Part shown: in pieces, positions 22,321 to 33,403 of the stretch
How positions within the stretch are numbered: position 1 is the first letter of the stretch
How the letters are laid out: every line of letters starts with the position of its first letter
Source: Chlorokybus atmophyticus
Taxonomy: Eukaryota > Plantae > Mesostigma and Chlorokybus algae
Assembly (NCBI GenBank): GCA_009103225.1
Contig: RHPI01000638.1
Coordinates: 1 to 64,000 of the forward strand
Direction: 5' to 3'
DNA: 64,000 bases
Notes under the pieces: generated by a model
What the model saw: only the letters and a program-made list of their open reading frames with translations
What the model was told of the DNA's origin: nothing
The model's database searches: none
Translations under genes and position numbers: made by a program

Positions 22321-25300
22321 ATGGGGCGATCCAAGCGAAACGCCTTGAAGGACAGCCAGAAGGACAGCCAGGCCAGCGAGAAGACGGCCACAAAAAGGCA
22401 AGTTTTTAAGCTGTGAGTGCATGTTAAGAATCAGAAACAACACGAACACGAACATGCATGTTGAGAACGAGAAACAACACGAACACAAACATGCATGTTG
22501 CTGCTGGCAACCCTGCAGCAACATGCAAGTCCGTTGCTGCTTGACAACTTGTTGTATTGTTGTACTGATTGCAGCACAGTTGCAATCAATTGCAATCAGT
22601 TGCAATAGTTCGTTGCTACTTGCAACTGTGCTGCAATCACCACAATAAGTTGCCAGGTAGCGACGAACCTGCGTGCTGCAGAGTTGCCAGCAGCAACACG
22701 CATGTTCGTTGCTACTTGCAACTGTGCTGCAATCACCACGACAAGTTGCCAAGTAGCAACGAACATGCGTGTTGCAACACGCATGTTCGTTGCTGCTTGA
22801 CAACTTGCATGTTGTGTGTGTTTTGTACATGTTGTCGCAAGCATGCAGTACGCGCAATTGATTCTTGAATAGATTGTCTCCTTGTCTGCTTGTCTTTCTC
22901 ACAATGACAATGACTAACGTTTTGTGGCTCTGCAGAAAGATAAGGGCGAGCGAAAACAAACGCAAAGCGGAGGCGAGCAGCAGCCGTGCCGAGGATGCCA
23001 AGAAGAAGCGGGGAGCCTCTATATAAGTACCGAACTGCTGCATTGCTGCTGGCAACATCAGTTGCATCAGTTGCATTGCTGCATCAGTTGCATTGCTGCA
23101 TCAGTTGCATTACTGTTTGCGTTGCTGTTGCATTGCTGCTGGGCTACCGCTGGTCTACTAAACTTGTTGTAAGCATCTTCCGCACCAACACTAGTGCTTG
23201 GTACAGAAACTATTTTTATATCGAGACGCTGTACTCTGTTGGTGGCAGCCAGCAGGGCTGTAGGTCTTGCCTATTGGCTAAATTCTGCCAACAAGCTGTA
23301 GCAGCTAGCGTTGATGTGGGTCTGTCTTCTCTTGCCTGTTGGCCAAATTTTGCAAACAAGCCGTAGCAGCAAGCAGAGATGTGGGTCTGCCTGCTCTTGC
23401 TTGTTGACCAAACAACAAGCTGTAGGTCTTGCTGCTAGTGCAATAGCCCCACTGTAAACAGCAGCTGTTAAACATCTATCATTTACGCAGTCCTCCACAA
23501 AAGTCGCGACCCCTTGAAAGGGTCTCTGACAATGACGACGACGAGGACAGGCAAGACGATATAGACACTAAAAGTAACCCCTCTGAATCGGAGGATGAGC
23601 CCGATGTTGATCAGTACGATGAGCTCAATGAGGAGGATAAAGCCTTAAAAACAGGAGAATACCACTGTGAGTTTGTTTCTCTATGCGTCTTGCAGAAATG
23701 CTCAACAATTGCTTGACAGTGTGATGTCATGGCAGGGAATACAATACACATTAAAAATGGCAGCTTTTGGAAAAGATTTCAAGAACTTGAAGACTTCGTG
23801 AGCTGTTTAAAGGAGCAGCTCAAAAATTACATAACTTGTATAAGTGGGAAGTTGTCAAAGACGAGACATTGATAAAAAACAAACAGAAGATTGTGCTCTA
23901 ATTTTTAACAATGACAAAAAAGGTATGTAGATGTCAAACTGAGATCGTTTTACCCTCTGAATTGTAGCAAGCAAGTGCTGGTGCAGAACGACCTTGAATT
24001 CCAATACCGTCTCATCTACGCATGGTCTTTTGTACCAAAAGAAGTGCGAGCGCTGGTCATTCCAGCATACATGTATATGTATATATATGCAACAAACCCA
24101 GACGACGAGTTTCTCACTGATCGCAAAGCCTTCATGTTCGACCTGCCCGTCAACAAAGCCCATTAGACACCATTAGGGACAAAGCTGGTCTGTCTTAAAA
24201 ACGGCAAAGATCTGTGTGACATAATGGTCAAAGACGTCGCCAGGGCTAAGAATCCACCGTCGCTCATCAATCTGTACGAGTCTTTGCAAGGTGCAACCTT
24301 TATCGATCGTTGAGCCCACAACAACAAACAATGTGCAACTATTATTCGCAACATTGTATATATGTTGCAGGCATGACAGCAGAGACGCTCGGCTTAAAAG
24401 CTGATCCCTCTCAGCTGCCGTCGCCAAACAAACGCAACAAGGGCAAAACACCAAAGACTGATATGGTCATCCCTGCGGATACGGAGGGTGCAGCAGGTAT
24501 GCAAGCATTGGTTTTTATATATGCAATGCCTGCCTACATTCATCGTGTTGATCAAATTTTACCAACTGTGCAGGCGATGCTCTGCCAATACAACTGCCAC
24601 CCCTGTTCTCAAACGTTGATACACATACGTATAAAATTAGCCCGTCAAAATTGCGCCAAGCTGAGGGAGCTCATCAAGCGCGCAAAATTGGAAAAAAAGC
24701 AGGTTGACTTATCTGCAACAGGCCATGAGAAGTGGCTTCAGCAAAGAGCACAAGCCATGGCTTCTGCTAGCATATAGAAACGACAAAAGACGAGAAATGC
24801 CAGTCAAAGAGCAGTATTTCAATAAGTATCACATCGACCGCGCAAATGACTTCACTTATGAAGTGCTCGGCGGCAACCACTCCTTTATCGTCAAGTCCAA
24901 GCTAGCCCAGGAGCAGCCAGATAATGAGTGGCTGCAATTTGAGTGGTGTGAGGTATGACAGCGTTCAACTCATTGCGCATAACCATAAAAAGCACGCTGA
25001 TTGTGTCAATATGTCATTACAACAGGTAGTGTCCGGGCTCAACGACGAGCAGGCCCACCTGTACGCTAGACAGCACAACGAGCAAGACGACCACAAAAAG
25101 CCGCCCACTTTTTTAACAAAAGTCGCCACCTTCCGTGACAAAGACTTCGCGCGTGGCAGCCCCGCCAATTGGCTTGCAAGCCAAAAGTCGGGCCTGGCTC
25201 AAACAAGTACTCAGATAATTGGAAAGCTTGCATGTTAGATCTGGCCTTGCTCATGGACAACGTAATCAAGTGGAAGGGCAGAAACTACAAATTCATCTTT

Positions 25301-28283
25301 AGAGAGTACAGGCCTGAAATCGCGTAAGTCTGCACTAACTATCTTTATAAATATTTTGCAGTGTCGGATACCAATGTTAATGTTAATCAACCTACGCAGG
25401 CTGGCTGTCAAACTGCCATCAACTGAGCAGGAGTATGAACGCTTCTTCCAAGTCCTTGATGATGTTGACGACATCATCAAGCCATTGCCTCGCCATACCT
25501 TTGAGCTGTTTACTCATTCGTCTGGAGAGCAGATCACGAAGGTGCTGGACGACATTAAAACTAGCATAATTGATGTTAGCGTGCACCGAAAGTCAAGCCC
25601 TATGTGCTGAATGTGCAGCGCAAAAAGCGCTTTGTGTCATATTTGGCATGTAAAACTATACCTGGCGAAGTGTTTGGAACATCTGGGTAAGTATGCATTG
25701 CATCGACTGTATACCAGACATGAATGACGGCAATACTGACAGTGTGAGCAATGTCATTAGGTCTGAAAGTCGCTTAGAGGCCCAGGCGCCAGAGTTGTAT
25801 GCTGCACAAAACCAGCTGTTTGAGACTCTTCTCAAAGGTGGCCATAACCTCTTCTTCAAGCAGCTCATGAACGTCAAAGCTGACTCGGAATCCAAGCACT
25901 CTGTAAAGCTTCTGCACATCCCATTTGCCATCGTAGACAAAGTCTGCCAGCTTGGCAAAACACCTCTCCCAGAGCCCCGTCAGGTCGGCGACCTCCTCGG
26001 CGCCGTAAGTATGCCCTTGTGAGTAGAAGCTGTGTTGCTAAACTTTTGCCAACATGTGTTCAACGCAGACATGCAGTGTCTCAACAGTTGCGCAGGTGCT
26101 TCCCTGTGCACGCTGGTTGCAATTGCCCTCAGCAGTTCCACGCCATCAAGCAAAGATGCGTACCGCATTTTCAGTCAGTGCAGAAGTTTCTTCAACAGCT
26201 GCACGATAAGGACTGCCCTTCCTTCCCTCTCGTGTTCTTTGATATTCCCTTCAAGGAAGACGAAGACCGCGACAAAGGCTTCAACATTGATGAGTTTCAG
26301 GAGATGATCGATGCACTGTGCCGTCATCATGGTGAACTAAGGTGGTGGACGCTTGTAGCCTTTGTGCCTTTGCAACACTCGAGTGCATGCAAGACTATCT
26401 TGAAAAACTCCGACGCATTCGTCGTTGAGTATACCAGCTACACGCACGCAGCTACAAGTAAGTACAGCCTGTCTTGTTTCTGCCTCTTTGTAATATTTCA
26501 CAATTGACAAACTCCACTTTGCAGAGATGCAAGTGTTTTTTGGCATATACAAAAACCAAGCGCGGACTGAGCCAGTCATCATCTCGCTGTACAATTAGAT
26601 TAATGACTCTTTGAAGGTCACTAATCTCATGACCTGGTTTAAGCTGCGTAAGCAGGATCACTTGGTCTGGCATGATCCCTCACGTCCCAGATTTTGCCAG
26701 CTAGGACCATATGAGGAAGAGTCGCCAAGCGTGGATGAGCTGAAGTCCCCCCCAGAAGATGCCAACAATGACGATACGGATGAGGGCGAGATAGAAGATA
26801 ACACTCTGGCAGTCGTAGCTGCCACGCTGCCTGAAGTTGACTTTTTTAAAGGCATAACCATTGCAACCACTGGAGCTGTAAAGCGGTGATGGCTTAAAAA
26901 GTTCTTAAGTGTTGAAGGTCAGCCACCTATCTGCTGGCAGCAAAGGCTTTGCAGCACTTTGGCCGGAGACTTTCTACTTGCCAGAAACAATGATAGCGAA
27001 ATATGGGTGCTTGACCTCGGTGCTGGAGCGGGTGGGTTAACTGACGATGCGCTCAAGTTGGGCTACAGCATCTTTGCTATGGACGATGATTCTACCAGCA
27101 TGTGCCAGCTTGAGGACAGGTTCTACAGCTACCGCAATGAACTCAAGCACTATGTGAGTCATTCAATGTTGGTAAAGTTTTGCCAACAACGTCCTGCTGA
27201 ATGACTTGCCGAAGTCAGTACTATTTGACTCACTTGCCACACTTGCTGGTGCAGCAAGAAAAGCATAGCACGCTGCGCTCAGCTGCTGCTAAAGACAAAG
27301 CAGCTGCCACGGGTTAGAACCAAGGACGAGGTCGTGCAAGAGCGCCTGATGGCCTGTTTCTCAGCATGAAGTTTGGCGATGTCAGGCACATGGCGTTTCT
27401 TTTGCGTTTGGTGGCTCAACCAGGCATAGCTGCAATCATTAAAGACGTATAAGACATGCTGGAGGACATCAAGGAATACCGCGATAGGCGCCGCAACGAC
27501 ATTTAATCAAGTAAGAAGCAGTGTGCTACTACTGTGGTTCATACTACATCGCTAACTTTGCTTACTTGGCACAGTTGACAAGTTCAGTGAAGTGAGGGGC
27601 AGCATTATTGGACAGAACTATCTAAAGCTCGAGGCCAATCTGCAGTCGCCTGCAGATCCCGTTAATGGACAACTCACTCAATTGAAGTCCAACCCAAACT
27701 CCGCATCTCGGGCAGCTTCGCTCATCACAGATGGTCAGGGTGCCAACGACAAAGCCCAAGAAACTGCGCGCAACGTTCAGGAGACACCGCAAAAAGGTGC
27801 AGAGCCGGTGACGCAGGACACAGCAAAGAACCAGCCAGCTCCATTGCCAAAGCCAGTGGAAGTGCTAATGGCAGCAACATATTAGCACTGCGCAAGTCCT
27901 CTTTGCGACATTGAAGTAAAGTCGATAAAGTCGATTTTAAAGATCCAAGCCCAACGGTTTGCCGCCATGAAGGTTGTCTCCGCCGCTTGCACCACCTGTG
28001 CTTCACAGAGTATTCGGGCTCCAAAGAAGGCAGCAACGCCCGGTGCCCAGGCAAATGGGTTGAGGCCAAGAAGAACAATAAACTAAAGCAAAGCTGGGTG
28101 GATAAAGTTTGCAAGGCTGGCAAGCCCGAAGGCGCGCTGAATGTTTGGGGCTGTATCAAGTGCATAAACTACCGCGGCTGCAACGAGTGTTCGGGTCCTC
28201 TGGCATTGATTGATGGCCAGCTAGGAGACGCCAAGCCAGTAAGCATTAGACGTGAAGTGAGAGATGTACCCCCAAAAAATTAG
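22321..28283 (+). CDS. Transposon cargo gene: basic/acidic N-terminus, ParB/Srx-like domain, beta-class DNA amino-methyltransferase-like domain and PHD-like finger (multi-exon, carries stops and frameshifts)
   Basis: Start MGRSKRNALK (22321). ParB-like QARKI..LTYLQQAMRSGF..P..YEVLGGNHS..CEV|VSGLNDEQAHLYARQHN (24625-25080). Catalytic-like LVFFDIPF (26241). WQQR..WVLDLGAGAGG..ALKLGYSIFAMDDD SAM motif (27007). C-terminal C..C..CRHEGC..HHLC..C. Splice junctions visible. Confidence 0.7.
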
Positions 28284-28871
28284 ATGATGTGACGTGTAGT
28301 GGCAGTGAAAACAGTGCCCTTGTAGAAAGGCAGTTGCCCTGTGTATACAGCCTTGACACTGTATGTAGTGCGCACGTTGCCTTGTTGTGATATTGTCACT
28401 AAAGCCCAATGTTATGTGCACACCCTCATCTGCTTGTATAGGTAGCTGTTGGCAAATCTTTGCCATCAGTTAGAAGATCATGCCGCACAAGATCAAAAAA
28501 TCATGCGTTTTTTGAACTGCTTGTACACATAGCTATAAGCAAACCTTGGCCAACACAGATACAATTTCATTCTGATTTCACTACAAGGTAGGCTCAGCAA
28601 TGTGCATTTTAGTTGGCTTTACTTGGCCAACAACAGTCAGCCTTACACTTCCAACGCATTTTGAAAAAAAAAAAAGCTGCTAGGAGACACAACAACACTT
28701 GAGAGACAATGCTACATACCTTGCTGATTTCCTCGCTGCAACTTACTTTGGCACATAACAACTGATGTCAAGCGCTAAGCAAAGTAAAGTAGTTGTCTCG
28801 AGATCGATGTCAAAATTCATGATGTACGAACAACTCCGTCCATGAGTTGTCCCCCGGATCGTGCGACACGC

Positions 28872-29597
28872 TTTGTATACCCGCCAGTTCTGCACCCGTC
28901 TACTCTAGAAGTCACCACAACTTCTACACTCAACCGATTCCTGCGCTCTAAGTTGCACCACGTAGCTACTTTTAAAAGCTTTCCAACAAGCTATAACACG
29001 CGCCAAACAATGATGTAACAACCGAGCTACAACGTTTCTTCTACAGCGCCTGGAAGTCTTTAGACTCCGGACTCGACTCCGCGCCTGAAACAATTTCGAC
29101 TAAAGTCCTCGCCTGGACTTTTCTCGACTGGCACCTTCTCGCGGCTATTCTTATCCACAGGGCAAGCTGACCGGATACAAGAATATATTCAACACTCCCA
29201 TGCGGGCAGCTTGGCCTTTAACACCTCCAATGCCAACTCCTTGCGTACTTATGCGCGACGAACTCCCATGCCATCCTTTGCTCTTTCAACCATCTTGAAG
29301 ACACTTCCCGCACCTCTCATGAGCGCCTCCTTAAAGCTCTTCACTTGCACACCCTTGTTGCAACTCTCATGGTCATTTGCATGTGCTCCCACGTGCTCAC
29401 TCTTGGCAACGTCCTGCACAACACCACCACCATGCTCCTCCTTCTTGTCCTTGCTGATGGTAATGCCTGCTGCAGCTCCCACGGGCTCCGAGACTGCATC
29501 TTCAGCCTTCTTAACACCATTCGCAACCTCCACACGTGGATCACTCCACCACTCGTATGTGACGCGCTCTTGGTCACCATCACTTGAGCTCCCGAGG
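28872..29597 (-). mobile_element. Inverted copia D remnant: proximal 3' LTR (28872-29194), PPT and about 400 bp of internal sequence
   Basis: Minus strand GGCCAAGCTGCCCGCATGGGAG|TGTTGAATATATTC matches the copia A PPT/LTR junction. The internal piece encodes KSFKEAL...RAKDGMGV*. Confidence 0.85.
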
Positions 29598-29639
29598 TTA
29601 GGGTTAGGGTTAGAGTTAGGGTTAGGGTTAGGGTTAGGG
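29598..29639 (+). repeat. Interstitial telomeric array (TTAGGG)7 with one TTAGAG variant
   Basis: Directly read. Lies at the junction between the copia D remnant and the resumed copia C. Confidence 0.95.
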
Positions 29640-32368
29640 AAGACTTCAGTCCAAGCACTTGTTGCAGCATCCTTGGAGTCTGCTCAGCTCTGGCACAGGA
29701 GGTTTGGGCATTTGGGCTTTAATAACCTTGCGCGCTTGGTGAAGGAAGACATGTTGGAAGGCATAAAGTTTAGTCCTGAAGACTTCCAGGCTGAGAAAGG
29801 TGTCATGTGCAGTCTTTGTGTCCTGGGAAAGCAGACCAGCCTACCTTTTCCTACCTCTTCTCACGTGAGTACGCGTTGCTTGGAGCTGGTCCATATGGAT
29901 GTGTGCGGTCCCATGCCAGTGACATCCAAGAGCGGGAGCTTCAAGTACTTTGTCACTTTCTTGGATGACTTCAGCAAATTGTCCGTGGTCGTGCCTTTAG
30001 CCTTAAAGTCAAATGTGGCTACGACAGTTCTGGAGGTTTTTAAGCTTCTAGAGACCCAGACGGATTTGAAGGTTGCTGCAGTGCGCTCAGACCGTGGTGG
30101 AGAGTTTGTCAACACTCAGTTGAAGGACTATTATGCCAAGAGGGGGATTAGGCATTAAACTACAGCAACCTACACTCCGGAGCAGAACGGGAAGGCGGCG
30201 AGGCTTAACCGCACGCTTTGGAGAAGGTTCGGGCCATTCTGACTGATGCCAACATGGAGGACTGCATGTGGACGGACGCGTTGCTGGCTGCAAACTTTGT
30301 GCGCAACCGTTCACGCGTGCGTTTTGAAGCCAAGACTCCGTGAGAGCTATTCACGGGCGCAAGGCTTGATGTGAGCATGCTGAGGGTCTGTGTTCTATTG
30401 CCTTTGTCCACGTACCCAAGCAGCAACGACAAAAGCTAGTCAAAGGTAGCCGGCGCGGCGTGCTCGTGGGGTACGAGACTGGTTCTCAAGTGTGGAGGGT
30501 CTTGCTGGCTGAGACCAAGAAGGTTGTGGTGAGTCGTGATGTGACTTTTGCTGACGGAGGAGTAGGAGCTGAAATTTTAAGCGTCGACAACACCTTAGAT
30601 TGCGCTGAGCTTTCAGAACCGAGTCTAGACCAGGTTCCGGGCAATGTTTCATACCAGGTCTTAAGGTCTTCAGGCCAGTCTTCTCCAGCCCAATGCAACA
30701 AAAGCACTTCAGCTCCTGTCACCACTGAAGACCAACACCAGCACCATGAGTCTCAAGAGCAGGGGAGGAGGTATCCTTTGCGTGAGAAGGGGGAGTCGAA
30801 GAGATTGATCAACCAAGCCATGGCTGCATCGAAGGCACTTGTGGGCTTAAAGGAGCCTAGCACCTATGAGGAGGCGCTTGTAGGTGCTGATGCAGATCTC
30901 TGGAAGAAGGCAATGGATGAGGAGATTGCTTCTCTGCTAGCCAACCAGACCTGGAGGCTTGAGACTATCCGGTTGACAATACACCCATCCCGGTCAAGTG
31001 GGTCTACAAAATCAAGAAGGATGGGCAAGGCAACACTGAGCGTCACAAGGCGAGGCTTGTCGTGAAGGGCTTTCTCCAGCAGGAGGGCATTGACTTCAAT
31101 GAGGTCTTTGCTCCATAGCAAGCACACAATATTTCGCACCATGCTGGGTTTGGTGGTTGCTTAAGACCTAGAGCTGCACCATCTTGATCTTAAGACCGCG
31201 TTCCTCTACGGCGAGCTTTAAGAGAACATATTTGTGCAACCACCCAAGGGCTACCATGAGGAAGGTCCAGATATGGCATGCAAGCTTGTGAAGGCCTTGT
31301 ATGGTCTTAAGCAAGTTCCCAAGTTTGGCACATCCGCTTAAGCAAGGAGCTTAAGCTGCTGGGTTTTAGCCCCAGTACTGCAGACCCAAGACTTTTTATT
31401 ATGCAGAGCTACAGGTCTTGCTTTTAGTTTATGTTGATGACATCCTTGTTTCTGCTCTAGACTTAAAGGACTTGGAGGGAGTTAAGGCTGGCTTGAGCAA
31501 GGCCTTTGATGTCCGTAACCTTGGAGAGGCCAAGTACTTCTTGGGCATTGTCATTGACAGGGATAGGCGGTCTAAGATTGCCAAGATCAGCCAGGAGCAG
31601 ATGGTTTTCAGAATTGTGGACAAGTTTGGGCTGCAACAGGCCAAGGTTAAGGCTACACCCTTGGCGGTAGGAGTTAGACTTGTGAAGTCTGAAAGTGAGG
31701 CTGATTTGCTGGACAAGACTCAGTACCCCTACAGCACTTTGGTCGAGAGTCTTTTGTACTTGTCAGTCAGTACTAGGCCGGACATTTCCCATGAGTCTTA
31801 GCCAGGTACATGTCTGCGCCTACCATGGAGCATTGGAGGCTGCAAAGGCGTGCATGCGCTATGTGGCTGGGACTTTCAGTGTCGGCATTACTTTTGGTGA
31901 AGGACCAACAGGTCTGGAGGGCTACTGCGATGCAGACTACGTAGGAAACTTAAACTCCAGGAGATCTACCACGGGCTACACATTCTTGATGAATGGTGGA
32001 GTCATCAGCTGGAGCAGCAAGCTTCAGCCCAATGTTGCAGTGTCTACTGGAGAGGCGGCGTACATGGATGGATCCCAGGCAGTTAAGGAGGGGCAAGCTT
32101 GGTTGCGCAAGCTGGTTGCAGAATTGGGTCTAGACCAGACTGTGATTCCCATGCACAGCGACAATTAAGGGGCCATTCGGCTCGTGAAGCACCCTATTGC
32201 TTCAGTCAGATCTAAGCACGGTGATGTCATGCATCACTTTGTACGGGAGCACGTGGAGAGGTGGAGTTCTTCTATTGCAAGACCGAACACATGCTTGCAG
32301 ACTTTATGACAAAGGCTTTAACCCCTGCCAAGTTCAAGACATGCTGCATGGGTCTAGGAATCCATTAA
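29640..32368 (+). pseudogene. Copia C GAG-pre-integrase, integrase, RT and RNase H (many stops and frameshifts)
   Basis: Motifs LWHRRFGH, LELVHMDVCGP, FLDDFSK, RSDRGGEF, EPSTYEEAL, LVYVDDIL, YCDADY..RRSTTGY. Confidence 0.92.
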
Positions 32369-32384
32369 GCTGCCTGCGTGAGAG

Positions 32385-33056
32385 TGTTGGAGTTTAGAAC
32401 CAGGTTGAGCTGTCCTTAGACTCCAGACAGCTTAGTCTAGCTAAGTTGGAGTTTAAAATCAGGTTTAGCCGTCCTTGGACTCCAGTCAGCTTAGTCTAGC
32501 TACGTGTTGGAGTTTAGAACCAGGTTTAGCCGTTCTTACACTCTTGTCAGCTTGGTCTAGCTAAGTGTTGGAGTTTAGGACCAGGTTTAGCCGTTCTTAG
32601 ACTCCAGTCCGCTTAGTCTAGCTAAGTGTTGGAGTTCAGGACTAGGTTTAGCCGTCCTTAGACTCCAGTCAGCTTAGTCTAGCTAAGTACTCATGACTTT
32701 CGTACTAAGTAGGCTCCAGTCTTGACCGTTTCGTTAGAAACTGTTAATTCTAACAGTTTCGACCGTTGAAGACTGTTTTTGGGTCTTATGCTGACTAGAC
32801 CCGCCTTGTATACTATTTTGAGCTTGTATATCGAATTTTTGTAGTGTTGACCATTATTGGGTATAGGGGACGCCCACACACGTTTAATATGGTTCACTTT
32901 GCTTGTACTTAAGTCTGATGGCGGTGGAAGCCTTAGCCTGGGCGTCGTATGGACTGGTCTGGTCTGGCGTGGTCTAGTCTGGTATTTTTCTGCTTGCAGA
33001 GACGGTTTGAGGGTATTGTGTTGTGTGTCTACGCTTAGGAAGCTTGCATCTCAACA
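32385..33056 (+). repeat. 3' LTR of copia C with five units of about 61 bp
   Basis: Follows a PPT-like GCTGCCTGCGTGAGAG and is followed by the TSD TCCTT. Confidence 0.95.
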
Positions 33057-33403
33057 TCCTTGACCACTCCTTTGCAGCACTAGGTTGTCCTAAACTGTTC
33101 TAATGTCAACACTTTGTGTACGCTGCCTTTGTGTATGGCCATGGGGCTTGCAAAGTTCAAGTCCACAAACATGCGGAACACGTTTAAACGCCTCTCTACC
33201 ATAAAGGCATCCCCGCCGACGGCCACTCGCGCCGCCACTGCGGCGCGATGAAGCTTGTCTCGTGTTCGGGGGGGACATTCAGCCGGCCCCCATTGAACAG
33301 GCACGCTAGCAGCGTGTAGACACGTGGATTGAGCGCAGGTAGTCACTGAAGCCTTGCAACAAGAAGTTGACGTCGGTATGAGACCAGGCACGGATTGTCG
33401 AGT

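Larger units (their letters stand above)
16482..28871. mobile_element. Giant (12,390 bp) Sola2-like DNA transposon with a cargo gene
   Basis: Imperfect TIRs of about 45 bp (GCGTGYCGCACGATCC(T)GGGGGACAACT..TGGACG), 4-bp TSD TTTG (16478-16481, 28872-28875), an internal Sola-type transposase, and a precise split of an LTR. Confidence 0.85.
14313..33056 (+). mobile_element. Ty1/copia retrotransposon C, both LTRs present, expanded to 18.7 kb by nested insertions
   Basis: Two 672-bp LTRs (TGTTGG...TCAACA), perfect 5-bp TSD TCCTT (14308-14312, 33057-33061), PBS, and gag-PR-INT-RT-RH order. Confidence 0.95.

Noticed and set aside
28766-28871. End of the inverted LTR at TGTCAA 28766
   Set aside because: This stretch is the Sola right end; the true LTR continues at 16481-16345.
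29211-30158. 315-aa ORF with an LGLGLELGLG tract
   Set aside because: Chimeric read-through of antisense copia D, telomeric filler and copia C integrase.
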